A stretch of 64,000 nucleotides of DNA from Cycas panzhihuaensis (taxonomy: Eukaryota > Plantae > Cycadophyta): contig CM041465.1 in assembly GCA_023213395.1 (NCBI GenBank), forward strand, positions 228,043,741 through 228,107,740. The letters run 5' to 3'. This document shows positions 27,425 through 39,938 of this stretch, piece after piece. Under the pieces are notes generated by a model. It had not been told where the DNA came from. It was given only the letters and a program-made list of their open reading frames with translations, and searched no databases. How positions within the stretch are numbered: the stretch's first letter is position 1; the number at the start of each line of letters is the position of its first letter. The position numbers were made by a program, and so were the translations under genes.

Positions 27425-28169
27425 TAACTGTCTTCCTATACTCTCATCATCTCCAACCACAAGCATGCCTGACAGCAATGAATAAGTATGATAGAAAGAA
27501 GACCAAATAATAAATACAACTATCATATAATCTAGACTTTGAGAAAGAGTCCTTTCTTATTAATTGTCAATGTATCTATACACTAAAACTTCATTGAAAA
27601 TTGGTAGAGAAGTTGGAAGTTGGGTAATGCCCAACCTCTTTATAACCCCCCAACCAATAATCTCCCTGCCATATGAACATATGATGTAATCAAGTGCCAG
27701 CAACTAAAGTGGACTAGATACTTAAGATAATCTAGAAATATAATGAAAGTAGTTGAAATTAAGTACAAAAGAGGCCTAAGGCTTAATATAGATGAAATAA
27801 TTATGTGAAAACCTACACAACTATATATATATTTATGAAAATAGACATAAAGCTTACATCTATAATATGTTAGAATTAGAGGACAAAAGCAAAGAAGAAG
27901 GAATGAATGCATACATGCATAGGAAAACTAATAATCCATAAGGAAAGTGGTGTTGATGAACACTAAGGTCTTCAGACCCCCTAAAGATATAGGCAGGACC
28001 GAGAGGATTTAACACACCTCTCAAGGTCCACTGTCACCTAACATTGACAAATGCCTGATAATATGATACTAAGATATTTTTCATGATATTAGTTATTACC
28101 CTAAAGTGGGAAATCTCCATAATATGGGTAATTTCTCTAATATAAGCATAATTCCAACATTTCTCTTCT

Positions 28170-31100
28170 ATAATGCCCATTTGGTGAGACTTCAAGTTTA
28201 TCTTTAAATTTGATAAACTTTATTTACTAAGTGTCCTTGTAAAAATATCTACCACATGATCCTTAGTGTTATAATAGACCAATTGTAATTCACCTTCTTG
28301 TACTAACTCTCTGATGAAATAATGTTATGTTTTAATATGCTTTGTCCTACCATAAAACATTGGATTCCTTGTCATCTGAATTATGGTTTGATTATCATAA
28401 AATAACTATGTAGGACCAAACTGTTCTTCCTGTAAATCTTGAAGTAGTCCCCTAAACCAAATTGTCTCATAAGCTCCTACTATAATTACTCTATACTCTA
28501 ATTTTTGTAGTAGAGAAAGATATCGTTATATTCTTTTTTGAACCCCATGCTCTTGTTGTTAAACCCAAACTTAATGCATAACCTAAAGTAGATTTCCTAT
28601 TATCTATACAACCTACCCAACTTGAGTCTATATAAGTAATCAATTTGTAATACCCTGATGACTTGTAATGTAAACCATACCTAATAGTACCTTTGAGATA
28701 CTTAAGAATCCTTTTCATTGCTTACCAATGTTTTAGCTTAGGCTCATGCATAAACCTAGAAACCACATTAACTGCATACAAAATATTTAGTCAAGTTGAA
28801 GTCAAGTAAATAAGACTCCAAATCAATTGCCTATAAAGTATAGGATCAATTGATATTGAGTCCTTAAACTCAAACAATTTTAACCTAACCTATATTGGTA
28901 TTGCATGTAACTTATAACTATCTATGTTAAATTTGTGCAACATATCTAATGTACATTTCCTTTGAGATACAAATATCCCCTTTTCATCCTACCATACTTC
29001 AATACCTAAGAAATAATGCATAAGTCCCAAGTATATCATTTTAAATTTTTTATATATATCTTTCTTAAACTTTTAGGATAAGTAATCATAATTTCCAGTA
29101 AATACTAGGTCATCCACATATAAGCCTATAATTAGTAATGAACTTTCTTCTAGTTTTATATACAAATTAGGATCTAATTGGCTTCTTAGGAATCCTTTAT
29201 CTTTAAAATATTTATCAATCCCACAGTACCATATTGTAGGTACTAGTTTGAGTCTATATAAGGCCTTTTTAAGTTTGTAGACTGTGTCTTCCTTTCCCTT
29301 CACTTCAAAACCCTTTGGTTGTTAGATATATATCTCCTCATCTATATAATCATCCAAAAAGGTACTTTTACATCCATTTGATAGACTATCCAACCTTGTT
29401 GTGTAACTAAGGCTATAATTAATCTAATTGTTTTCAACCTTATAATAGATGCAAATGTTTCATTATAATCTATGTCTTCAATTTGAGTATAGCCTTTTAT
29501 AACTAGTCATGCCTTGTAATTATTAATGGACCCATCTGATTTATACTTAGTCTTATAGACCCATTTTGTCTCAATGGCATTCTTTCTAGGTAGCAAATTA
29601 ACTAACTCCCATATGTTATTTTTCACTAAGACATTGTATTCTTCTTTTATTGCATTTTTTCATTTATCTTGGCTATTTATCTCTTTAAAGTTTTGAGGCT
29701 CATTTGACTCCAAAACTTAAGTCATAAGTGTGAAATTTACCCTTTGAGATCTCATTGTTCTTCTCTCAAAGTTAGTGTCTAAGATGTTTTTAGGGTTATG
29801 AGCCCTTTATACCTATTTTAGAACCTTTTGACTTGAAGTAAATGGTTTTTCTTCACTTGCATTAAGTACATTTATACCACTCGAGTTAAATTCCACTTCA
29901 ATCATAATGGTTTTGCTTTCATCATTTTCGATAACTTCCTTTTGATAGAATTCATCTTTCTTAAAGATAACATCCCTACTCATGATAATTCTTTTACTTT
30001 TTGGGTCTTATAATTTATAGAATCTTGATGAATTACTATATTCTATAAATATATACTTGGTACTTTTATCATTTAATTTTATCCTTCTTAATTCTAAAAC
30101 ATGTGTATAAACTATGCACCAAAAAAACTCTTAAGTGTTTAATGCTTAGTTTATAACATGTACAAGCTTCTTTAGGTGTAAACCATCTTACTACCTTAGT
30201 TGTACATTTATTTAGTAAATAAACAACTATATGTATAACTTATATCTAATTTTCATTGTTAAGATACTTATCCTTAAGCATGATTCTAGTCATCTCAACA
30301 ATTATCTTGTTCTTTCTTTCTATAACCCCATTTTATTGAGAGATGTGGGGATTTATAAGGTGCTTCCTTATCTTATAATATCTGCAATGATCCTTAAATT
30401 CATTTAAAATGAATTCTTTCCTATTATTTATTCTAAGAGTTAATAGCTTGTGCCCACTATGTCTTTCAATCATGTTTTTTAAGTCAATAAAGCATTGGAG
30501 TATATCTGACTTGTACTTAAGAAAATAAGCCCAAGTCATTCTTATAAAATCATCAATAGAATTTATGAAATATTTGACTCATCCAAGTAAAGACACATTT
30601 ATTAGTCCACATAGATCTGTGTACACTAGCTAAAAAGACCCATTTTCCCTCTAATTATCATTAGGAAATCATTTCTTTTATTGTTTACGTAGTATATACC
30701 CTTCACATACTTCCTTGCTATGTTTAATATTAGGTAAACCTATCACCATTTCCATCTTTTTCATTAATTCCAAACTATTATAGTTCACATGGTTAAGTCT
30801 TTTATGCCAAGTTTTACTATCCACATTAGTTGATACCTTGAAGACATAGTAATCAATTAAAAGAATGACTAGTTTAAATAATATATCACTAGTCATTTAA
30901 CCCTTAGTAATTATTACCTTATTCCTTAGTTTGTCCTTAATGGTGTGCTTACCATTGTTAAAGATCACTTGGTATTTTTGTTCCATCATTTATCTTACTA
31001 ATAACAAGTTTTCCTTAAATGCAGGGACAAGGAGTACATCATTGATACGTCTTGTTTCTTCAAAGTCTGTTTGGATAGCTACATTTTCTTTACCAATTGC

Positions 31101-32348
31101 AACTTGAGTGTTATTATTTGTAAACATGATTTTACTTTTTTTTCTTGTTATCCAACTCCTTGAACCACTCTTTTTTGTGTTATATGGGTAGAGAATCTTG
31201 AGTTAATATACTAACAACCTTCTTCTTTATTTGCTATCAAATTTGATAAGAAGAGTCTCTCATTTTCCCTTTGTTCTTCAACTATTGTATTAGCTGCTTC
31301 TCTTTCTATATTGGACCTTTTTATTAAGTAATTTATTTCTAAGTATCCATTTCTATGATAATAAGAATATTGCATTATTTCTCTACCTCTAAGACTCCTT
31401 CCTCTTTGTCTTTAATTCCTACCTCTTGGACTTTATTGTTTACCTCTTCCTTGAAGACCAAAATTTTGTCATTGGCCTTGATTAAGTTAGCCTTGAAAGT
31501 AATATATTTGTTCTTGACCTTATCCTTGATGAAATTGATTTTGACCTTGATGAAATTGACCTTGACCTTGACCTTAATAGTATTATCCTTACCCTTGGTA
31601 AACTTGACCTTGTCTTTGATGAAAATGATTTTGATTTCTGAGGTTTTGACCTTTTCCTCAAGGAGATGTCCTCTCCCCTTAGAACTTTAGCCTTTAAAGG
31701 TAGGCTTAATCTTTGCCTTAGTAGCAAATGTATATTCTAAATATTTACTCCCCCATTTTTCTCTTCAATAATAAGTAGCATTATACTACATAGATCAACC
31801 TTGAGAGTAGTTAGGTCTTTGGAGACCTTAATGCTTATTGCAACTATTTTAAGCCTCTTAATATCACTAACATATTTTAGGATCTTTTCTACCAACTTTT
31901 ATTCACTAATGACTTCTCCTAAGGCCCTCATTTGAATGATTAGGTCTTATACCTTAGTTATAAAGTCATTTACTACTCCATTGTTATTCATCCTATAGTT
32001 TTCAAACCTACTCCTTAACATTTAGAGTTTTAATATAATAACTCCTTTGTAGGTGGTATTCAAAGTATCCCATGCCTTCTTTCATGTAGTTACCTCACTA
32101 ACCCTTAGAAAGATGTGGTCCTTCAATGTGTAGAAGATAAATGCCAAGACTTCATTATCTCACTTTTCATTCTCCTTGTAGGTCTTTTTCTGGTCTTTAG
32201 TAGCACTAGCATCAAGTGCCCCATAACCTATTTCAATCAAATTCAACATATCTTTTGATACAAAGATAGGTTTCATTCTTTGACTCTAATTCAAAAAATT
32301 AGTACCATCAAATTTAGGTACCATTACATTCTTTATATTAGAGGCCAT
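28170..32348 (-). pseudogene. Copia gag-pol pseudogene
   Basis: Start MASNIKNVMVPKFDGTNF (32348). GAG-pre-integrase WHKRLNHVN (ORF 30678). INT TWAYFLKYKSD..LRINN (ORF 30333). RT VYKLKKALY, LYVDDL (ORF 29073). RH KRILKYLKGT..DNRKST (ORF 28491). Confidence 0.92.
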
Positions 32349-33003
32349 GATAAAAAAATGCCTTTAAAATAAATTGCTTTGAAAAAGTAAAGTGCTTAAA
32401 TGAAATACTAAAATGTACTTAAATAAACAATGAACACCCTCAAAAGACACAAGCAAAACTATCCCTCTTCAATTTTAAGACATGCACAAGTGTCCTAATT
32501 AGGACTTAGCCTTCTCCAAAGTAAAAAATTATATTAATGGTGATTATTTGTTAAAGTTTTGTTAAGTTTATTTAAGGGTAATTTTATAGGAGGCCTATAA
32601 ACTAGAATCAACTTTGATCATAAAAATATTACATTAAATGACTTCAAAAGTACTTAAAAGATATTCACTCAATAGAGGATCAAAATACAAACCCAACACT
32701 TCAAACAACATTTGATTCTAACTTTCTATAACTAAGCTATGCTTTAAAAAGTATAAGGACATTAAAAAAGATAAAGAACCCTTTAACACATGAACTACAA
32801 AGAAAAAATTTATCAACTTTCAATCAACTATCAAATGTAAACCTAACATAGTTGTGTGACCACTCATTTTATTTGGATGAAAATGAAAAATATTTTAGAA
32901 TTTGTAAATTTAAAAATGGGTCCTGTAAGTGACCATTATGATTGTTGAGGCAAAATTAGATATACAAATAACCTTCTTAAAAAATGTAATTAAACCCTTT
33001 TTA

Positions 33004-33089
33004 AAAATAATCTTTTGATCACTTGAAATGCAAATAATGCTTCAACAAAACAATCTTTTGATCACTTGAAATGCAAATAATGCTTCAAC
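33004..33089. repeat. 43-bp near-perfect tandem duplication
   Basis: aatcttttgatcacttgaaatgcaaataatgcttcaac repeated at 33009 and 33052. Confidence 0.9.
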
Positions 33090-33419
33090 CATCTGTAGTG
33101 CAACTATCTAGATGTGTATGCTGTGTATGCCAGAGATAGACTTCTATATATCTAAGACTTCATGGTTGATATATGCGTCCCCTACATTGCCTGCTTATTA
33201 CTCGATACACTAAAAAATTGTTGTAAATTGTTCATTTAACAAATGAAATAGTTGACAAAAATAACTTAGCCACAACACTTGAATGTAGTAGGCTTTTTCC
33301 ATCGTCAAAAAGGATGATTCGAATCAAGACCCAAAAAAATGAACAAGAAACATAAATGTTGCATGGAGTTATAAAGGGCCACAAAAGTGAGTGGTGATAA
33401 TATTTAGGTTCAATGCATC

Positions 33420-33830
33420 AATGCGTCAAAAAGAAAAAACAAAGGGGGCGAAACTAAAAATTGTGTGAATTCGTACCATATAGTGTGTCGACCGAGCAAA
33501 CGACATGTGAGTGAATAATAGTGTAAGTACGCAAGAAAAAGTGTGACAGAAGCGATGTTGTTCAAGTCGACGGGAGGGAAGGCGCCGCGGAGCAGTAAAC
33601 TTTAACAGAGGACTACTCAGCAACCGAGCATCTCAATTACCCGAATGAACGTGATACACAGTCGTTTGATGGATGAATAACCGGGTAGGCGTTTCCAGCG
33701 AGCTCCAATATAAAAAATCACGCATGGCCTTTCCAAATGAACAGCCGTGCAAGGAGAGAATACCCAAACGCAGACCGGTATCAACACGTGAGAGTGAAGC
33801 TATCAATACGCCTAACGTATGTGCCAAAAG
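33420..33830. promoter_or_regulatory. CpG-retaining island, candidate unmethylated regulatory region
   Basis: Abundant CG (gtcgacc, ggcgccgcgg, accggt) and a G-box CACGTG near 33785, amid CpG-depleted TE DNA. No convincing ORF. Confidence 0.4.
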
Positions 33831-34240
33831 ATAGAAGAAAACAAGATTTTAATTATTGGATCAATTCTCTTAAATGCATTATGTGCATTACTCTAAAAAT
33901 CAAACACAAAAAGATGAGTAATGGCAATTTATGTAAACTCAATATAAAGACATAAATAAAAAGGATTCATATATAGTTTGGATGTCATATGCTTAATTTT
34001 GCAAGGTATGCAATATACAACACCTAAATATAAGGACAAATATTTCAACAGAAATACTTAACATAGACACGTAGATAATACACTCACTATTAGTTAAAAT
34101 ATAAGAACATACATAGAGATGGTATTTGGCAATGAGACGGATCCTTGTACCTAAATAGATCTACAAAAGAACACACAGATGGACTAGAAAGCTCTCATAA
34201 AATCGTTGCAACAAGATTGAAAATTTTAATGATTTAACAA

Positions 34241-34254
34241 TGGCTCTGATACCA
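34241..34254 (-). promoter_or_regulatory. PBS complementary to tRNA-iMet
   Basis: TGGCTCTGATACCA is the reverse complement of TGGTATCAGAGCCA, 2 nt from the LTR edge. Confidence 0.9.
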
Positions 34255-34478
34255 AATGATAACAATAGAGAAGGAAAAATGAATACATGCACACAGGGAC
34301 AAATAACAATCCGTAAAAAGGGTGGTGTTGATGAACACCAAGGTCTTAAGACAACCTGAAGATATAGGCAAGATTGAAAGAATTCAACATACCTCTCAAG
34401 GTCCACTGTCACCTAGCATTGACAATATGTCGCCAAGATATTTCCTACGAAATGACTTATTGCCCTAAAGTGGGTAAT

Positions 34479-34760
34479 CGAGGTGGTAGTAAAGAGGCCC
34501 CCCCACATATATAACATGTCCCTTTTTCTGAGATATGACACCCATGTCGGCCAACCTCCACCCACTACACGAACCCAGTGTTGGTAACTAGGCAACTCCC
34601 CAAAGAGGCCTCGCACTCTTCCATACTAGGCAAAGGACTTTACACACAACATTAAGGAGAGTCAAACTTCAGTTTAGGCTATGATACCACATGTAACAAA
34701 CCCTCACATTAAAAACCTCAAGGCGGTAATGGAGAGGACCTCTGACATATGCAACACAAA
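34479..34760 (-). mobile_element. TRIM-like / small LTR element fragment interrupting the Copia 5' LTR
   Basis: Second Met-type PBS GGCTATGATACCA (34677-34689) next to TGTAACAAACCC (34692). 34479-34520 resembles 34719-34758 (gaggtggtagtaaagaggc..acatat vs aaggcggtaatggagagga..acatat). Confidence 0.4.
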
Positions 34761-36380
34761 ACTTAGTTCATAACTATAAAGGTGGTAAAGAAATAAAAAC
34801 ATCCACATAATAACTATGGGGCTCTTTTACATATCATAAGATATACATAATAAATATTAAGAGTATACCAATCCTAGTTTGTCAACATTAAATGATTGAA
34901 AAGAAATTAAATTATGGATAAACCCACCAAGCTATTAAGGCCCTACCTCCTACGTAAGGACACCCATTGATACATGTGGGATTATATCACAAACATTGGA
35001 CGCCTCCATGGATTTTTGAGCCAATAAATAGCCTTAATAAACCCCATTAATTGATGATGTTAGGCCACATTGAGCACATATAATATAGAATTACTATGTC
35101 ATATTATCATGGGTAAGAACCTATGTGTAATAATAAACTAAGGCATTAATGTATATCTAACATGTATCATAGGAGGGAATAATGTTGATTGTCAAAAGTT
35201 TACTTGGGTGGCTAGTTGGTCACCTCCATTTTCATCTTATTTCTCAAGAAAAAATAAACATTTTTTTATTTTCTATGCATTGATGTATTTCATAGATAAA
35301 TTGGTGGCAATAATTCGTAGTCACGATTAATACTTATTCATTTTACTAACAACCTTTTATTCAACGGATGCACTTTTCCCTAAAATGTTGGAGACATTGA
35401 TCTAATTGGACAAGTGATCATTAAAGCACTTTGGCAACGTGTATAAGAATATCTCTACTTGGTCATTTGGATGTTTAAGGTAGGAATAGATTATAATAGA
35501 GGGCTCACTACCTATTGATCGATGGGACCTCGAACCAAACCAAATGACCCTAAATGTAAGAAGCGCACATACACACATAGAGAGAGAAAACTTTAAGGAA
35601 TGCCTAGTTCATGTAAATATAATTGGTTGGTGAATGCTTATCATGGATGAAATTAGAAATATAAATATTAGAGGGAACGTTTAAGAAAAAACCATTAGTG
35701 TTTATTCATAAGAAAATTCAATGAATGTAGTAAAATTCCCTAATTATTTAGGGAAAATAATCTATAGAAATGTTTATTTATATATAGGACTTTTAAAAAA
35801 ATAGCTAGAAAAAAAATCCCATTTACAAAAAAGAGCACCTAAAGCTTTCACTACACATATATACATTGAATATAATCACTTTCCAATTAAAAAATGAATT
35901 AGATTCAATCCATATAGACATAACATGGAAGCCTAGTCTTTGACGAAAGTTAGAATTTATCAAAAGTAATTACATAATTGTTCATTAAAATGCATATGGG
36001 TTCATAAGTAGGAAAGCTAGTCTTAATTGAATAACAACTTGTAAGAATTAAATCTCTTATGGGAGAAAATCCAAAGCTCCTTCTCATATTTGATTTGATG
36101 TTTGCAAAACAAAGTCATGCCCAAAAACCTTTATTAAAGCATAAAATGAATACTTATATGGATGAATTGGTCTTATGCTACTAAGAGCATAATACCATGT
36201 ACGGGGTTGGACTCCTAATTTTCATAAAATGTGGTCCCATGCAAAGGAAATGAGATAGTTATTATGGCAAAATCAAATATTATCTTAGGTTTCAAGAGTA
36301 TAAATCTTTTGCCATTAATTTTCATCTGCTACCAAAAAGGGAAGCTAACTTGAACTAGTACAGCTTAGGGAAATTAGAAC

Positions 36381-37226
36381 CCACGTGGCATTAGTGGATC
36401 CATTAGAACCCTCTCATTATTTATTTTTACCAAATTCAATTTAACAACTACTAAGAGAGGTTTATGATGAATTTGGAGGATTCGGGAGATATAGTATGGA
36501 GGGGGTTGTATTGTAAATAAACAAAGTGATGAAAAAAAATAGAAAAATATGTGGAATCCCATTTCCTTTATCATCTCTTGAAAAGTTTTAGCAACTACCA
36601 TCCAGACTTTTCAAAAAGCCACCGTCCATACTTCACTTGAGAATAGTCCAAGTATAACCTAATTACATATTCAAATTCCTTGTGTGCCAATCATTCCTTC
36701 TAAAGTTTCGGCCTTTTCAAAATGTCTACTCTTTAACCAGAGTTAGAGGAGATGGCATCTTCGATGTCCACATTAAATGCACTACACTGATTCCAAGGTT
36801 CTTGGAAAACGCCTTGTCGAACGTAGATTCCTTGCTTATATCTCACGAGTACGTTCACGTCATCTAAGGGAGGTGCTGCTCGCCAGCGTGTACGGAAATG
36901 ACCTCGGCCGTTGGATGGCTCGAATGCACTCATAAAATAAGTCCGAGAAAGGCTTCGGTTGAAATGCCGAGGCCACCTACGCACCCATTGGCAAACCGTT
37001 CGGCTCTCGCGGTCTGTAGAGTTTAAAAGGACGTACCGCGAGGGGGTATGGGGTTCAAATTCATATTATATTCCTTTCTGTTTCTGTTCTTTCCTTCGTT
37101 CAAGCTTCTGGTTTAATAAATCCTGTGTGGGTCGAGAGTTTTCAAATTTATTTTAAAATTTTAATCTGTACTTGTTGCAATCCGACCTGGGCAATCTGAG
37201 CTCTCGGCACCCTCGATTCCGAAGTC
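36381..37226 (+). promoter_or_regulatory. Promoter / 5' region of the carrier gene
   Basis: CpG-rich from ~36700, immediately upstream of the ATG. Palindromic G-box CCACGTGG at 36381-36388, plus further ACGT cores near 36820-36860. Confidence 0.55.
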
Positions 37227-37307
37227 ATGGTCACAACGGAAACAAAATTGAAAAGATTGCCACCCAAAGCAAAGATTCAGATCCCCGACCTCGGGAAAAC
37301 AATGGAA
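37227..37307 (+). CDS. BTL1: BTL1-like exon 1 (MVTTETKLKRLPPKAKIQIPDLGKTME)
   Basis: ATG in GTCATGG context, in-frame stop upstream at 37197, donor GTAAGT at 37308. A further upstream coding exon cannot be excluded. Confidence 0.7.
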
Positions 37308-39938
37308 GTAAGTATGTTCGGCTATGGCTTGTATTATGAATAATGTGAAAGGCAAAGCTTTGGGAATTCAGATGTTTGTTCCCAGATTTTTATGTTTGAA
37401 ACGTATGTCTTACTTCAATATTTCAGTGAAGTAGAATTAGTAACTCTTGATAAAGAATACGAACGGCCTCTTCTGCAAACAGAGAGCAGCATTTTCCCTA
37501 ACGGTTGTCTATGATCCCCAAGTTCTTCTGACCTATTTACTGTTTTTGTCCATGCAAAATTGGGTAGAAATTAATCAGAAGCAGAGCATTCAGAGAGTTC
37601 ACCAGTGGGGCATTGTCTGGGGCTATGACTAAAACTGTAGTAGCCCCCCTAGAGACTGTCAGGTGAGTTTTCTTTCTTTAGTGTTTTCTGGTTTTGATTC
37701 ATTCTTCCTCTTTTTTGAAGACCGAGGGCCTCTTGATACCACACACGGAGACGGTGCTCCAATTACATGAGTAATCACCGACCCATAGGCTCAGTATGTC
37801 ATCCGTGGGAATTGAACCGTCGCCAAACCAGTCGAAGCAATAGGTAGTCTAGGTTTTCTCCGCATGGACAACGCCTCTGGGACATGTTTTACTTCGGGGC
37901 GGTTAAGAGCTCCTGACTGCTAATGGCTGAAGCGCTCGGGTTCGCCGTTCTTTTCTGTGTCCTTCTGCCTGGTTTCGGTTTGCTTGTTTGCAATTGTGTT
38001 CACGATCAATGGTGAGAGCAGCAGCAGCTCCAAGCATGCAATAGATTAACTGTAATGAGGTTAAACATGATGGAACACCATCGTTTTCATGAAAAAGATG
38101 ACAGAAACGCTTAGAACCTGGTTGCTTGGGGCTCATCTATTTAGCCTGGTTGTTTTCTTCTAGAGAAAATGAAACTTGGTTTTGTAGGATCTTGCGATGA
38201 TACTGGAGTTTATCAGTCCACCTGAGTTTTGGAATCACCTCTGGCTTAATGACAATCGTATGCACTATGCCATCCAACTCTCTGCCATAAAAATACAGGT
38301 TTTGATCGGGAATCAGATCCCTTTATGCTATGAATTTTACATGCCTTCTGCCTAGGGTAAGACAGTTATGTATTATTTTTTTCAGGAATGAAGCACTATA
38401 GTTCAAAATTACACCACTGAAAGAAATAGTAAAGCTGGTCCCAGAAGTCAAAATTGTCGTGCAGTCCTGATCCTCAGCGAGAAGGGCTTCTCTCTGTTGG
38501 TTAGTGATTGTTGCAGTGCCCTTAACCGCGATGGTTAGAGTTTAAAGCAGCCTTTTCATTATCTAAAGAAGAAAACTACCAGCTATAGAAAATAATCTTG
38601 TGGCTTCGGAAGTACAAGTGGATATTTTCGTTTCGGATGTTTGTGGTTCTGATTAGTTTATTAATCCTCTTGAATTCTGGCATTATGTTAGGTTAAAAAG
38701 GAAGCCTGTATTTGTTGTCTTTTGCAGGACCAGAATGATTGTTGGGGTCGGCTCAAGGAAGATTGTTGACAGCTTTAAAGAGGTGATTGATCAACAAGGC
38801 TGGCAAGGGCTGTGGAGTGGCAATAGCATTAATCTGCTTCGAATAGTTCCTTCTCAAGCAATTGAGTTATGCACATTTGAATCTGTGAAACGATCTTTAA
38901 CAGCTGCACAAAATCACTGGGAGAAAAATGGATATCCACAAGTTCAGGTTGCAGGGCACACCCTGCATTTGCCAGTTTCTTGGATATCTCCGGTGGCCAT
39001 AGGCGGTGCCGTTGCAGGAATCATCAGCACTGTATGTTGCTACCCTTTGGAGGTCTTGAAGGTAGTCCTTGCCTCTGCCTTTTCCCAGTTAATGATCAGT
39101 TCAACAACTATGCATCCGGGTGTTTAAAATAAGCATCCAGCTGAGGGTCTGAATCACATTTCAAGAAATGTTTCATACTTGGACAGGAATTTCCTTGACA
39201 ATTTATGAGTGACCACAGTAAAGATAACGGTCTTCTCACCCTTCAAATCAGGACCGTTTCACCGTTTACCCAGGAGTGTATCAAAGCATCAACCATGCTC
39301 TCAAGAAAATTTCACTGGAAGAAGGTCCAGGAGCTTTATATGCAGGCCTTACACCCACTTTAATTGGCATGGTACCCTACAGTACGTCTTATTACTTTGT
39401 GTACGAATCAGCCAAGGCATCATATTGCAGATCTTTGAATAAGAAGTCTTTGAAGCGTGTTGAAGCACTTCTCATTGGTGCCTTTGCAGGTGAGTTTGCT
39501 ATAGAGATTTTACTTGTTTAAACATGATGGAACTCACCATGGGTTATGCTTTTGACCAGAAATTCATGACAAAAAAAATTCAAATCATGATTGCAATTTG
39601 ACATGGATAAGATGCTTTTAATTATTATGGTTGAATTTGTTAGTTTGCAATGAACATGGTACATTTTATAATTTTCTGTATGGGCAGGGCTTACTTCCAG
39701 TACCTTCAGCTTTCCACTGGAAGTAGCGCGCAAAAGACTTATGGTTGGAACCCTAGAAGGCAACCGTCCAACGAACATGATTAATGTTGTTAAAGAGGTC
39801 ATTCAGAAGGAAGGCTTCAAAGGACTTTACAGGGGTTGGAGAGCAAGCTGCCTCAAAGTAATGCCAGCATCTGGCCTTTCTTGGATGTTCTATGAATTAT
39901 GGAAAGATGTTCTCCTAATTGAAGGAAGCCAAATATAG
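37227..39938 (+). CDS. BTL1: Mitochondrial carrier family (SLC25) adenine nucleotide transporter, Brittle1-like BTL1 type; join(37227..37307,37568..37662,38728..39061,39252..39489,39688..39938), 332 aa
   Basis: Three carrier signatures Px[DE]xx[KR]x[KR]: PLETVRTRM, PLEVLKDRF, PLEVARKRL. Also QGWQGLWSGN, GLYRGW..SCLKVMP and YELWKD, as recalled for Arabidopsis BTL1 (At3g20240). All four introns are GT-AG with consistent phases; the 999-nt spliced CDS is open to TAG. Confidence 0.92.
37568..37662 (+). CDS. BTL1: BTL1-like exon 2 (KLIRSRAFREFTSGALSGAMTKTVVAPLETVR)
   Basis: Acceptor GGTAG, donor AG|GTGAG; first carrier helix motif. Confidence 0.9.
37712..37885 (-). mobile_element. Candidate tRNA-derived SINE in intron 2
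   Basis: Minus strand: A-box-like GTTGTCCATGCGG, B-box GGTTCAATTCCC (37807-37818), GC-rich body, short A tail (AAAAAAGAGG). No clear TSD. Confidence 0.4.
38728..39061 (+). CDS. BTL1: BTL1-like exon 3
   Basis: TTTGCAG acceptor; ORF 38735 (MIVGVGSR...YPLEVLK); donor AAG|GTAGTC. Confidence 0.93.
39252..39489 (+). CDS. BTL1: BTL1-like exon 4
   Basis: ATCAG acceptor; DRFTVYPGVYQSI...LIGAFAG; donor G|GTGAG. Confidence 0.93.
39688..39938 (+). CDS. BTL1: BTL1-like exon 5
   Basis: GGGCAG acceptor; LTSSTFSFPLEVARKRLMVG...WKDVLLIEGSQI*. Confidence 0.93.

Larger units (their letters stand above)
27868..34480 (-). mobile_element. Degenerate Ty1/Copia LTR retrotransposon (3' LTR 27868-28159; 5' LTR-like copy from 34257, truncated at ~34480)
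   Basis: Minus-strand gag-PR-INT-RT-RH motifs. Perfect PBS TGGTATCAGAGCCA (34241-34254). Homologous 220-290-bp terminal repeats (gtggtgttgatgaacac..cctctcaaggtccactgtcaccta). No TSD recoverable because the 5' LTR is interrupted. Confidence 0.8.

Noticed and set aside
31355-31727. ORFs 31355+ (Leu/Thr-rich) and 31482- (Ser/Arg-rich)
   Set aside because: Alternative frames of the Q/G-rich gag repeat.
36733-36984. 83-aa minus ORF as a divergent gene
   Set aside because: Lies in the GC-rich promoter, non-ATG start, no recognisable motif or further exons; unsupported without expression data.
39209-39802. ORFs 39209+ and 39518-
   Set aside because: Off-frame or antisense overlaps of BTL1 exons 4-5.
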